Source: Phyllosticta citribraziliensis
Lineage: Eukaryota
Assembly: GCF_038025025.1 (NCBI RefSeq)
Contig: NW_027117338.1
Span: 1-64,000, forward strand
DNA length: 64,000 bases
Direction: 5' to 3'
A program made the position numbers and the translations under genes. The stretch's first letter is position 1, and the number at the start of each line of letters is the position of its first letter. Positions 1 to 11,377 of the stretch are shown one piece after another. The notes under the pieces are model-generated. The model saw only the letters and a program-made list of their open reading frames with translations. It was not told where the DNA came from and searched no databases.

Positions 1-18
1 AAGATGCCAAGTCTGACG

Positions 19-186
19 TAACCCTAACCCTAACCCTAACCCTAACCCTAACCCTAACCCTAACCCTAACCCTAACCCTAACCCTAACCCTAACCCTAAC
101 CCTAACCCTAACCCTAACCCTAACCCTAACCCTAACCCTAACCCTAACCCTAACCCTAACCCTAACCCTAACCCTGACCCTGACCC
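19..186 (+). repeat. Telomeric repeat tract (TAACCC)n, left chromosome end
   Basis: 26 perfect TAACCC units at 19-174, then two TGACCC variants at 175-186. The C-rich strand is on +, as expected for a left end. Confidence 0.97.
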
Positions 187-648
187 TATAGGAGTATTAA
201 GAAGGGCGGTAGATTAATACTAACTTACTAGTACTAAAGGAGGTAATTTATACTTACTTATTAAACTAGAGCTATATCCCTTTTTAGTTATTACTACTAA
301 TAATGGTGCTATAAGAGTATTTCTTAGGCTTAAAGAATAGATCTTCTACTATAATTATAACTATTTTATCTACTAAGTAGTAGTTTATGGCTATGCTGAA
401 TTCTCTAAAGTATAGGAGTCTAGTTAGAGGTATAAGTATATAAGATGGGGACTACTATAGATAGAGAGGAGGTTAAGAGATATAATATTAGGTAAGGACT
501 ATAATACTATATTATTAAATAGGCTTAAGGTATGCCTGTATAATATGGGGAAAGTGGTATAAAAAATTAGAATAGATGAATAACTTATAAAACGAGGTCA
601 TATTTATATAAGAATATAAGTTTTTAGATATAGAAACACCACGTGAAA
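187..648. other. AT-rich, RIP-like degenerate subtelomeric sequence
   Basis: Abrupt AT-rich block with abundant TpA and visibly scarce CpA/TpG. No ORF. Sharp return to GC-rich coding DNA near 650. Confidence 0.8.
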
Positions 649-2442
649 CTAGTACACGGGCATTTTGATCGAGTCGAGGGAAGGGACCTAGGTGTCATAC
701 GACGCCTTGTTGAAGATACAGTCTATGGTGGCATTGTCCCTCTAAACCGGTCGCAAGGGAAAGCTGCACAGCTTTTGGTCGACATCAGTAGTAGTGCCGT
801 CGAGGACAGTGGCATTGAGGCGCTCAGGGTTGATTCCCTTCTCGACCCAGTCGATGACGCTCTGGAGAACGTTCTGCGGGAAAGGGCCGTTTGGCTGCTC
901 GCTACTGGGAGAGCAGTGGGCAGCGCCAGGTACGAGGAAGAGCCTGTACCAGTCGTGCAGCTGGGCGTAGCTCTCGTTCAGGCCGAGGTCGGGGTACATG
1001 ATCTTGCGGACTGCGTCGTGGTAAATCACGGACGAGCCGGTGGGAATGCTGGGATCCGACTCGCCGTGGAAGTGAACGACCTTGCCACCGGCATCGTGGA
1101 AGTCTTCCAAGTCGGGCCAGGTGGTCTGCATAACGCTGTCGTACTTTTGCATGCCCTGCAAGATCCAGCCGCGGAGGTCGTCGTAGGTGAGGCCGTCAAG
1201 CGACAGCTCAGTAGTCGCAATCTCTTTGATGAAGTAGTTGACCCACTGCGCACCGATACCACTGGCAGCGGCTTCGTACTTGCCCGTCGCCGAGTTGTAC
1301 GTCGTCTTCGCGTCGTCAAAGTCGGCTGCGGGCTGGTATGAAATGTAAAACTGGCGGCCCTTCTTGTCAAACATGCCCTTCCAGATGTCGTTGGCGATCG
1401 CGGCAGCCTTGGCCGAGACAGTGCCGTTGATGGCAGGCTCCGCGCTTTGGGCCATCTGCCTCTTGACAAAACCGCTTGTGGCGGCCACAGCTGCGCACGA
1501 GTACGACTCGCCGACACTGGCGTTGGCGCTGTAGTGGAGCTTGCACAGGTCGGTCCTGGAGACAACACCGTCTTCACGGCCGTCGAGCTTGTCACAAGCG
1601 GCAATGGTGTCGTTGTTGATCTTTTCCATCTCACAGGGCGAGGGATAGTAATCATGCGTCTGCTCGACAATGGCGCTGAAGAGATGCGCAACCTGCTGGA
1701 AGGCCTGGCGGAAAGCAGGAGCACCAATCGCAGCACCGTCGAACTGAGATCCGTATCTTTGGACCTGGCTCCAACCCTCACGACCACCTTCGGAGCAGCC
1801 TTGGTAGTAGGAGTAGAGAGACGAAGCGTTGTAGAAGTTCTTGGAGAATTCCTTGCCGATGACGCTCAACTCGTGGATGGAGCGGTAGCCAAAGTCGTAG
1901 AGCATGTCAAAGTTCATGGTGCCGTTGGAGGCAAGGATGACGTCGGACAGATCGTTGCTCCAGCTTCCAAAGCCTCCGTCAGTGGTGCCAGCCACCGAGC
2001 CGTAGACGATGCCATTGGCGAGACCAGCCTCCCCAGAAGTGATAGAAAAACCGCCACCGCCGGTGGTCAGGTAGCGGCCTTCCCACTGCTCGGGGCTCGG
2101 GAGCCAGTACCAAAGGTTCGTCTGCAAAATTCGGTCAATGTTGGCGCGTCAAGCCAGTGGCGATTGACTTACGGTAGAGTTGGACAGCCCATTTCGCGTG
2201 TAGGACAAGGTGACATTACAAAAGTCGAGGCCCGACTTTCCAATCCATAACTCGCCAGCTTCCGAGCTGTAGTTGTAGACCGCGTTGGCGGTGATCGAGT
2301 TCTCGTCGAGAGTGATGCCCGCGACGGCATCAAGTGGGAGTGCCGATTGAATGTGGGAAGACGTGCAAACGCTGGCAAGACTGGAAGCAGTCACGCGCAG
2401 GGCCGCAGTGGCGGCGAGGCCGAGGGACTTTTTGGAGTGCAT
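649..2442 (-). CDS. Secreted tannase/feruloyl esterase family protein; premature TAG at 742-744 and 688-690, inferred ancestral stop at 649-651 (C-terminally truncated or incipient pseudogene)
   Basis: Signal-like N-terminus MHSKKSLGLAATAAL at ATG 2442. Intron 2172-2122. Motifs YYQGCSEGGREG, HFHGESDPSIP and PGAAHC. The frame continues past the stops as RDNATIDCIFNKASYDT*VPSLDSIKMPVY*, a tannase-like C-terminus. Confidence 0.92.
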
Positions 2443-5400
2443 CTTGATCTCTTGGTGAATCAATCTTGGGAGCGTTGGTGTTTGAATATAAAATGGTTGC
2501 ATCTCCTAAGACCGAGCTGCAAGTCCGAGGACCCGAGGACCGAGTTCGGGGTCAAGCTTCCCCTAAGCAACAAAAAGGACCGCATCAAGGTGAAACCAGA
2601 CGCACGGTTGAATGTGATATGAGAAAGGTCCGACTGTGGACGGAACACCCTGCTGGCACCACAGAGGCGGAAAAATCATCGACGTCAAGCGTCGAGGACG
2701 GGGCGGTGTCCCGGGAATCGGATCCTCGACGCGCGTCGCCTCCCCGTACCACTCCTTACTCTCGCAGTTGTCTGTCCAGAAACTCAGAGGATCTGCTGGG
2801 AAGAAGCAATGAAATTTTGAAAGTGAGAGCTTCGGAGAACAGTACTTGACATGGAACAGCGGCGAAGATGCAGAATAAACCCGTGCTTTCCTTATGGCGC
2901 GTTCCACGGTACTCCTCAAAGAGACAAGTCACTACGGGAAATCCCATCAACACGAAGGCGTCACAAGCGGTTCCCCTGGGTTTGCGGCTTGGACTACGTA
3001 CGCGTGTGAGCTAGGAAGAGTCTTGCTTGTCCCCAATTTTCGTGCAGTGGTAATTTCCCGAGCAAGGAAGCAGGCCCTCTTCTGCATCGACATGACCTGA
3101 AAGGCCCAAGATCAGTGGAATGGATGAAGACACGTCGGTTTCCTAGCGAGCCTCCATGGTTCGGCGACATGTCCTCGTCTACGGTAGACATGGTCCTGTT
3201 TGGCCAACATTGACCGATGCATGCAGTCGAAAGCTATCAGATCTTCGCTTCTCTCCGATTAGCCGAAGATGCGGCTCCATACGACCCCTGCTCTGGGCAT
3301 GAGATTCTGGGGAAGCGCGTGTACCCCGCAAAAGGATGATCACACCTCACCTCGTGGTTCATCTGGCGTTACTTGTAGACTCCGGTCTTACCTACTCCAA
3401 AAGTACTGCTAGCAGTAGTCGAGGCAATAGAGTTGGCCAAGATTGAATTAAATCAGTTCTCTCGCTTCCACCAAAACGCCAGTGTCCTAGCAGGTTCTCG
3501 ACATGCAAAAGCTTGAAGACGATGCTCTCTCTTGGCAACAGTTTCATCGCAGCGGTACGACCCGAGCCGATCCAAAAGGTGGAAGTCTCACCCAACCGAT
3601 CTTTCATGACGATCGATGGTGCGCGGATTGGCAGATCAGAATAACTTGAGTTGAAGATTTGCATGATCAGCACCGTTGGATGGTCGACCTTGCGCAGCAG
3701 TCGCACAGCGCGATCCAAGTCTCCCGGGACATGCTTGCGAATTTGAGACCTGCCGCGGAGGACATGTTGATTTCCAAATCGACATGGCAAACGGGAACAC
3801 GAAGATCCATGTGAGCAGGACTTGACAAATGTGTTGTGTTGGGTTTCCGAAATCAATGCCCTTCCACGGATGTAAAGACGTTGTGCGACCCGATCAATAT
3901 TTCTCAGAAGTGCCGCTGCGACGAAGGCGTGAGGGCAACTCGACGATGGGCATCCGGAACCATTGCACCAGCGCCGGGCGTCGCGGCCCTGCTGGAACGT
4001 GAGCGATGAACTCCAGGGCTAGCTAATGCCAGCCGAGCTTCTGAGAGCCTTCGAGTCCAGCGTCTCTTCCAATAAATACTCAATGCGTTTGTCCCGCCCA
4101 GGCAGCCCTCTCTGTTGTGTCCCGCCGTCGCGTAGATGGCCGTCGGGGTGCCGGTTGCGTCAGATGGAGGAGCACGGAGGAGCGGTCCCGGATCTTGACG
4201 GAGGGCATGGCGAGTTGAGGCTGTAAAATGAGCAATGAAGAGCACATTTGTTGACCATGGAGGTGGTCGTTTCGTGATGGTTGAGGATACCTAGCGACAC
4301 GGGCGGACGGCGTCTACTGTGATGTCAACAGGGTCCGTGTGCCGACCGCCCGCCGCGCCGGCCTCCGCTCCGCTCCGCCCACTCCTGGCTTCCGCTCCAC
4401 CCTCCACCCTCCCCTGCTTCATCAACCAAGCCTGTCTAGCACCATCTTCGAGACCTCCACGAGACAAGCTCCGGTTTCCGTCGACGCCTCATTTCAACAA
4501 AACTCCCTCACCGTGTGCACCGCTCTACTGCCCCTTCGAAACCGTTCATCGTATCGGCGTCTGTGCCTTGCTCTCGCGCGTGGTTCTCCGTACGCAGCGG
4601 CTTTGGCGTTTGACATACTCCAAGCTTTGCGCGGAAATTCTATCGCTCTCAATGGGAATTGCAACTTCTTTTCTGTCGGAGAATTTCCGCTGTTGTCAAC
4701 CTGGACGAAAAGCACCTGTGAAGTGCTATTCTTGCTACTTGAGAACGGCATGTCCATTTACGACACAACTCACAGCGGATCGCGACGCGGCTTTCATGGC
4801 TTTCATGGGCCGCCATTCTTTCTGTCTCGTGCGTCCCAGTCATACAACACGAAGCAATCTCAAGAATCACAGAATGGGGGTATCGATAGCTTTCAGAACA
4901 CATTGTGTTGCTTCCCGATGCCGCTGCTCTACTGCGGTGCGGTTGTCAAGCCTGTTTTTGTGCCTGCCAGCGAGGGTCGATTTCTATCCAATCGCCACAA
5001 CTTTTCCAACCTCTTCAGGTTCAAGCTCCTTGGGTATAACAATTGCTGCTTTACTATTTGCGGCTCTTCTGCTACTTCAATCGGTAGAGGCTCATCCGCG
5101 TTTGCCTTCGAAAGTCTTGCCCCTTATGCCATCATTTCTGGTACATGCTCATGGATTGACTCTTTGCTACGTGAAAGTCCCCGAGACCCAGCGAGAGTCG
5201 CCGCATCAATCGATTGTTGCGATGAAATGCATTCTCGAACTCTCATCTTCTGACCTCCCCCAGTCCAGGGACATATTCGGCCATCAACTTTCGGCACGTC
5301 GAAAGACCCTGTATCCCACCCCATTTCGAAGCAAAAATGTTCTGGTCCACTGGAACGAACAAAAAATGCGCCACTGAAGAGCACTTGCTGGAATTCAGAA

Positions 5401-5725
5401 CCTCCGATGATGCAGGAGACGAAGCGGAAGCCCATGCCCTCCGACTGCGTCACGGAACTCTTGCGAATGTTTGCAAGCGATCAAGCCAAAAGTCTCCATG
5501 CACCAGCACCATGATCAAGTGGCCGACGCGTTGCGGTCTTGGCTGGATCCCGCATTGGGATCCCATCGGCGGATATAAGAGGCGAAAGTCGAACTGTTTT
5601 CGATTGAGAGGTGTACCGCGTACGCGGAACTCATCAAAAGAGCATTCATGACTACTTAGGGAAAGACAGTGACATCAGACCCCCGACACAGACCAAAGAA
5701 ACTCCCTCCGTCGGATCTGACCTGA

Positions 5726-6295
5726 TCAACAGTCATACAGCACGCGCAACCCAGCCCCATTCTCCTGCCAAAACTGGACGAAACCCTCCTTCTGACCGCC
5801 GCTTTTCTCAATCTCAACGCGATAATCCAGCCCCGCAGCCGGACACCCAGAAGAAGCAACCTCAATGACGGTATCCTCCTGACGCGGCTTCAAAATCTGC
5901 ACATCCGCCGTGCCAACCAAGCTGACCTTGCCCGGATAGTGGTCCCAATTATCGAGCTCCACATCGACGGTGCGGTTGACGGTCCAAAAGTTGAGCTTGT
6001 GGTTGTTGGGGTTGGTTTCCAGGCGGCCGCTGCCGTCCTTGGAGAAGAACAGCTGCAGCCGGCAGCCGTACGAGCCGGCGGCGAAGCCGTCCCAGTGCAG
6101 CTCGGTCACGTACTCCGTTTCTCCGCTGATGCCCGTCACGACGATGTCGTGGTTCTTTGTGTTGTGCTGTCTATCGGTCGAGATGAGCTGGAAGTGCTGC
6201 GTGGGGTAGGCGATCTTGCAGGCGCGCTTGTCTAAAGAGGGGGAGGGGATGGCGGCGGCGAGAGCGGCAAAGGAGATGATAGCTGGGAGGAGCAT
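5726..6295 (-). CDS. Small secreted Cys-containing protein, But2 C-terminal-like (189 aa)
   Basis: Signal peptide MLLPAIISFAALAAA, KR processing site, GSYGCRLQLFF motif and terminal Cys. Coding-like codon usage. The family call is from recalled pattern. Confidence 0.75.
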   Translation of the reverse strand: MLLPAIISFAALAAAIPSPSLDKRACKIAYPTQHFQLISTDRQHNTKNHDIVVTGISGETEYVTELHWDGFAAGSYGCRLQLFFSKDGSGRLETNPNNHKLNFWTVNRTVDVELDNWDHYPGKVSLVGTADVQILKPRQEDTVIEVASSGCPAAGLDYRVEIEKSGGQKEGFVQFWQENGAGLRVLYDC

Positions 6296-7107
6296 TTTGA
6301 GTAGAGTTTTATGGCAGTTTCTTTTGAGTGTTGATGTAATCTTGTTCAAATTGATTTCTTGGATGCTCCTGGAGTGTGCGCTTTGGAGAGATCTCGTCCC
6401 CTTTTTATATCAATCCATCATCCCCTTCTCAAGACCTGAGCCAAAAACATCTCTCATCTTTCCTCTCAAGAGACGCTCCAATGCAACGCCGTGGTGTGAC
6501 TGGTGTTCCAAAAATCAGCATCTCCAGATCGAAACACTTCGTATACCACAGGTGGCCCATCATGCCAGGGACCCCGTCAGATGGTGACCGGCAACGAGGC
6601 GCGTGGACGCCGCAGTCAGCTAAGCTCGTAAAGCAACCGCAAGGCAAGACCACGCTCGACGAGGTGGTTAGGAAAGTTGCAGCCCATCATCCCGTACGGT
6701 GTCAGCGAATTCCTCCATGCGGACACGTCTTGACATGTATAAGCCTCGCCAAGCGCTCCGGAGCAGTTTCCGAGTCTAATTCTGGCCGTGTTGCTCCAGA
6801 ATGGGGCGTCTGTCAGTAACGCCCGCCGTGTGTAACAGCCTGGCAGCTTATAGTGAGGTGGGGTGTGGGCGTTGCATTGGACCTCAGCTGCCAAGCGTCA
6901 GCAATCCTCTCCTCAACCAGAGTTTATACACTCACGTGCACATGGCTTCTCAGCGGCAGCATAATTGGGCGACAAGAGACGGGTGGATCAATAGATCTGG
7001 GAAAAGAGCGCAGATGAACTTAGAAACTCGTTGAATTAGAAAACGTTATGCTAACATGAACTGCATGAATGTTGTATGCTTTTTCCGTCTTTCGACACCC
7101 CCAGACT

Positions 7108-9116
7108 CTAACCGCGGAGGTAAGCACGCGCACCACGCTCGAGAATGGCACCGCCGGCGCCCACGGCAAGGACCGCCCAGGTCCACTTGTTCTTGAGCTC
7201 GTTGAAGCTGGGCCAGAAGCTGTTCTTCTCCATCCGGTACTCCTGGAACTGCTGGTACTTGAAGGGGTTCGTCTTCGCGTAGCGCTCGGCCTGGGAGGCT
7301 TCGTTCTCCTTGTCGCCGCCGATGAAGCGCAGGAAGAGGTAGTTGGCGACGGGGGCCAGCAGGACAAGCGGGTGCATGATGCCAGCGCTGTAAAGAAGGG
7401 CGGGGAAGGAGAGGTGGACGAGAGCATCACCAAGGTAGCTGTGGCGGGTTAGCACATGAACATTGCAAGACATGTTGGGATGCTTACTTGGGGTGCCTGA
7501 CGATGCTCCAGACTCCCTCGCGGTAGAGATCAGAGCTCTTGCGGGTGTGAGACTCGAGCTGCGAGTCTGCAAGGACTTCCAGGGCATAGCCAGTGGTGAA
7601 GAGGAAGACGGCCAGGGTGTGAGCGATCGAGGCGTTGTCAGACAGGGGCGAATTCAGCGCGCTCGTAACGCCAGCACGGAAAGGAAGAGTGAACGGCAGA
7701 GAGATGATGGTCTGAGCCACTGCCTCGGGCAAGAACATGGTGAACAGCGCCTTGTTCCAGAACGAGGGGACTTCCTTGAGAGCAGTGTAGCGAGCGTCGT
7801 CTTCGCCGCGCCTGACGGATCGAGAAGCTACGCGGTAGAAGAGGCGGACGCCCCATGCCGTGACACCGGTCAGCAACAGCTTCTCCGGGTACGTGACGGA
7901 ACTCCATGCATCGCTCAGAGTCAATCCGTCGTAGAGAACCCGAGTTCCAATAGCACTCCACCATGCGTTGGCCACTGGTGCAGAAGGCCATAGCCAATCC
8001 TTGCCATCGATCTTGTTTGTGTATCTGGAGATGCCGTAGGCAATGACGGACATGCCCGAATGGAATCCGAACGAGGGAATAATGGCTGACTGCAAAAGTC
8101 CAACCGCCGTGGCATTGACCGGGTTCCGAGCGCCTCGTGAGAAGTGCGAGCCGAATCGATCTTGCTCAGCTCCAGATGAAACGCTGCCAGAGGACCATCC
8201 AGAAGGGCCGGGAGTGGCCTCTACGGGGTTGCCAGGTCTCGTGTTGAAGTGCGAAGCATAGCCTATCTTTGTTAGCTTTGCTAAATTACGGTTTGTGTTG
8301 AACCTCACGGTCTTGCTCAGCACCCGACGTTTGTGGAAGTCGTTCTTGGATCTTGTCCGCGGAGGGACCCTTTCCGCCAAACCAACCACCATAGCGATCT
8401 TGCTCAGCGCCAGAGGTCTTGGGCAGATGCTCCTGCACCCGGTCGGCTGAAGGGCCTTTGCCGCCAAACCATCCTCCATACCGCTCCTGCTCAGCGCCGG
8501 AGCCGTTTGGCAGGTGTTCTTTGACTTTCTCATTTACTTCCGAGGCTGATGGTGCTTTGCCGCCAAACCAGCCGCTGTAGCGGTCCTGCTCAGCGCCAGA
8601 AGTGTTTGGCAGGTGTTCTTTGACCTTCTCTCCCACTTCCGAGGCCGACGGAGCCTTTCCTCCAAGCCAACCGCCGAGACGGTCTTGCTCAGCTCCGGAA
8701 GTCTTGGGAAGCTTTTCTTGGATCTGGTCAGCGGAGGGGCCCTTGCCAGCGAACCATCCTCCGAGGCGGTCCTGTTCAGCAGCAGAGGGCTTGGGGGGCT
8801 CCTCCTTGCCGAAACCAAACCAACCGCTGGATTTCTTCGGTTCGGTGTCTGGGAGCTTCTGCTTTAGCTGCTCAGCCGAAGGCGCCTTGCCTCCGAACCA
8901 ACCTCCATAGCGGTCCTGCTCAGCGCCAGAGGCTTTGGGAAGAGATTCTTGGACCTGTTCGGCAGAGGGCCCCTTGGAGCCAAACCAGCCGCCATAGCGA
9001 TCTTGTTCGGCGCCGGCGCCCTTGGGCAGGTTCTGTACATTGATGTGAGGGGAGTCGTGGACGGGATTCGAGGGATTGGCGCCCAAATGAGAGGCGTATT
9101 TGTCTTGTTCAGCCAT
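7108..9116 (-). CDS. DUF1295 (steroid 5-alpha reductase-like) membrane protein with N-terminal tandem AEQDR repeat array
   Basis: Exons 9116-8309, 8262-7488 and 7438-7108 join in frame. Motifs WGVRL, EDDARY, ADSQL and WSIVRHPNYLGD. Confidence 0.88.
8150..9116 (-). repeat. Intragenic tandem repeat encoding ten AEQ(D/E)(R/K) units (most 29-35 aa)
   Basis: Repeated SGAEQDRYGGWFGGK(G/A)PSA...LP units in the translation. Recurring ctgctcagcgcc-like motif in the + strand DNA. Confidence 0.92.
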
Positions 9117-9389
9117 GGCTGCGAGGAGAGAGACGAGAGGTGTGGTGACGGAGCAAGGGCGGGGAAGCAGCAAGCTTATATGAATGGCAACCTGGTTGCG
9201 GTCATTCCTCTCGGTTCCGTGATCGAGGACAGGTCCATGGGGAAGCTTGGCCTATGACGTAGCCATGGATCATAGCTCCACCCCTCTGGTACGGCAGATT
9301 GTCGGGCACATCAATTGGACATTGTCATCTCCGGCCCCGGGCGAGGGACAAGGTGGTAGCACGAGACTTGATTCGTGGAATTGCTATCC

Positions 9390-10903
9390 TCATTGCAGGT
9401 ACTTCTTCAGCGCCCTCAGCCTGTCTTGGGCCTGCTCCAGCACGTCGTCGTTCTTGCAGACGGCAAACCGCAGCCAGTCCTCAGCAATGTGTGCATTCTT
9501 GTCCGTGAAGAACTCTGTGGGCGGGATTGCCGCGACACCAATCTCCTGGATCAAGAACCAGCAAAGCTTAAAGTCCCGAGGTCTGTCTGCTACGTGCGGC
9601 GGGAACTGGTAGTCCTCTGGGAGCTTCACCTTGGCCATATTGACCAGAACAAAGTATCCTCCCTCGGGGTCTGAGTAGGGCAGGCCCAGCTCGTCCCAGA
9701 TGGCATTGAACTTGTCCATTTTGCCCTTCATGTCCTTCTTGGCCGTCTCCCAAAAGCCGTGCTTGTCGGCGTCTTCGAATGCCACAGCAGTCGCCTCTTG
9801 CAGAGGAGAGACGGAAGAGAAACAAATCCTAGTATGTGCTGCGCTGACGTACTTGATCAGGTGCTCGGGGCCAATGAGCCAGCCCACTCTCCATCCCGTG
9901 GCGTAAAAGTTCTTTCCAGCCGAACCTACCGTGAGGGTGAGCTTAGCAATCTCCGGGGAGAGCGTAGCGATGCGGGTAAAGGGCACGTAGTTGAGCCGGT
10001 CGTAGACTTCGTCGGAAAGAATGAGAATGTTGTGCTTGACGCAAAGGTCTCCAATGGCCTTGAGCTCGTCCTTGGAGAAGACCTTGCCGATTGGGTTGTG
10101 GGGAGTGTTCAAGACAATCATGCGCGTCTTGGGAGTGATGGCAGCCTCGAGTTCCTTCAAGTCGACCGTCCATTCGGCGGCCGACGTCGTCTTGGTGGCA
10201 CCGTCCTTGGGCGGGTGCATGGGGACGTAGACAAGCTTGCCGCCGGGCATCTCAATGTTGGAAATGTACTGGTCGAAGAAGGGCTCAAAGACGATGACCT
10301 CATCACCCGGCTCCACGAAGCCCATGAAGGCGCTGAGCATGCCTGGATTCCAGTCAGCAATGCCCCGACGCATCAAGGTAGCCCATACCCTCATTGGCAC
10401 CGGTTGTGATGGTGACCTCGGTCTCGGGGTCCAGCTGGCGGCCAAAAAAGGGCGAGTACGACTCGGCGATGGCCTTCTTCAACCTCGGACGACCCTGACA
10501 AGATCAGCGGGGTCCTCGATGACGTTTTGTGGTTGTACCTTGGTCGGCGAATATTGGTTGCAGTCGACCCTGTCGAGAGCGGCTTTGGCGGCATCGAGGA
10601 CGAAGTTGGGAGGGTTGTAGCCAAAGAAGCCCTGGCCCATGTTCACAATGGGCTGGACGGGAGAGGCGGCAGCGGCTTCATTCACGATGGACCTGGAATC
10701 GGTTAGATTTGGCAAGCAATGGGTTGGATGGTTGGGTGAGACAGCTACCAGACATCCTTCCGCTGGCCAGCGACGCGAGCAGCGGGCTTGAACGGGTCGG
10801 CGCGGGCGGGGGCAGTGGCAGACATGGCTCTCGTCGCGGTTCGAGGAGGGAGAAGAGGAAGAGAGAGGCGTAGCGTTGGACGAGCGAGGAGCATAAGACT
10901 CAT
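9390..10903 (-). CDS. BNA3: Kynurenine aminotransferase (class I/II PLP aminotransferase)
   Basis: Multi-exon. Motifs VNMGQGFF, NTPHNPIGK, SDEVYD, GSAGKNFYATGWRVGW (PLP lysine) and LRFAVCK. Confidence 0.92.
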
Positions 10904-11377
10904 AGCGCAGGGCAAGCCGGGGGATTTATTTTACAGAGGGAGACATCCCACCCTGTGACGCGACAGTCGCAGGCCAACGTCCCGCGTCTGTTTGGCGGGG
11001 CTCTTGTCCTCGTATCCCTGGGGTATGTTCATACAGTTCGAGCTGACGCAGCAGCCCCAAGATTCACCAGTTGTTCGACGCGACAAACTGGCCATCTCCA
11101 AATTCCAACCTAACCACACCTTGGATGCTTCCGTCCCACTCTCAACATGCGGATAGCGCACCAGCCGTTCGGCGGGAGGTGCACTTCGTGGGACTTGTTG
11201 TAAAAGCGGATAGATAAGCCGTAATCATTTCGTTCATTACCCGGCAATTGCGCCATCCATGGATGTGTGTGCCCGCCCGGTGTCGGCGGCATTTGTCGCG
11301 TCATCCTCTCGAGCTCCCGTCCACTCGCCAACACCCGACGCGTCGTGACGCTACAGAACACGCCCAATTGGCCGACA

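Noticed and set aside
1..18. 18 non-telomeric bases distal to the telomere tract
   Set aside because: Most likely a read-end or adapter assembly artefact. Too short to argue for an interstitial telomere without the flanking sequence.
649..744. Genetic-code reassignment of TAG to Trp
   Set aside because: TAG is the normal terminator of several intact genes here (DUF1295, NRK1, Dabb, DDP1, RPS8), and in-frame TAGs occur only beside the RIP-like block.
643..2250. Long + strand ORFs (232 aa and 267 aa)
   Set aside because: Antisense shadows of the codon-biased tannase. The same applies to many long antisense ORFs over MGS1, the GT2, PDK, LYS20 and RPS8.
3392..5453. Overlapping 352-aa and 304-aa + ORFs, a 154-aa - ORF and stop-interrupted - frames
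   Set aside because: No recognisable domain, atypical composition and no codon bias. It may be a decayed gene, but no model could be supported.
8150..9116. Regularly spaced DNA repeats that might look like a CRISPR array
   Set aside because: Eukaryotic in-frame coding repeats with synonymous variation. The spacers are mutually homologous, and there are no cas genes.
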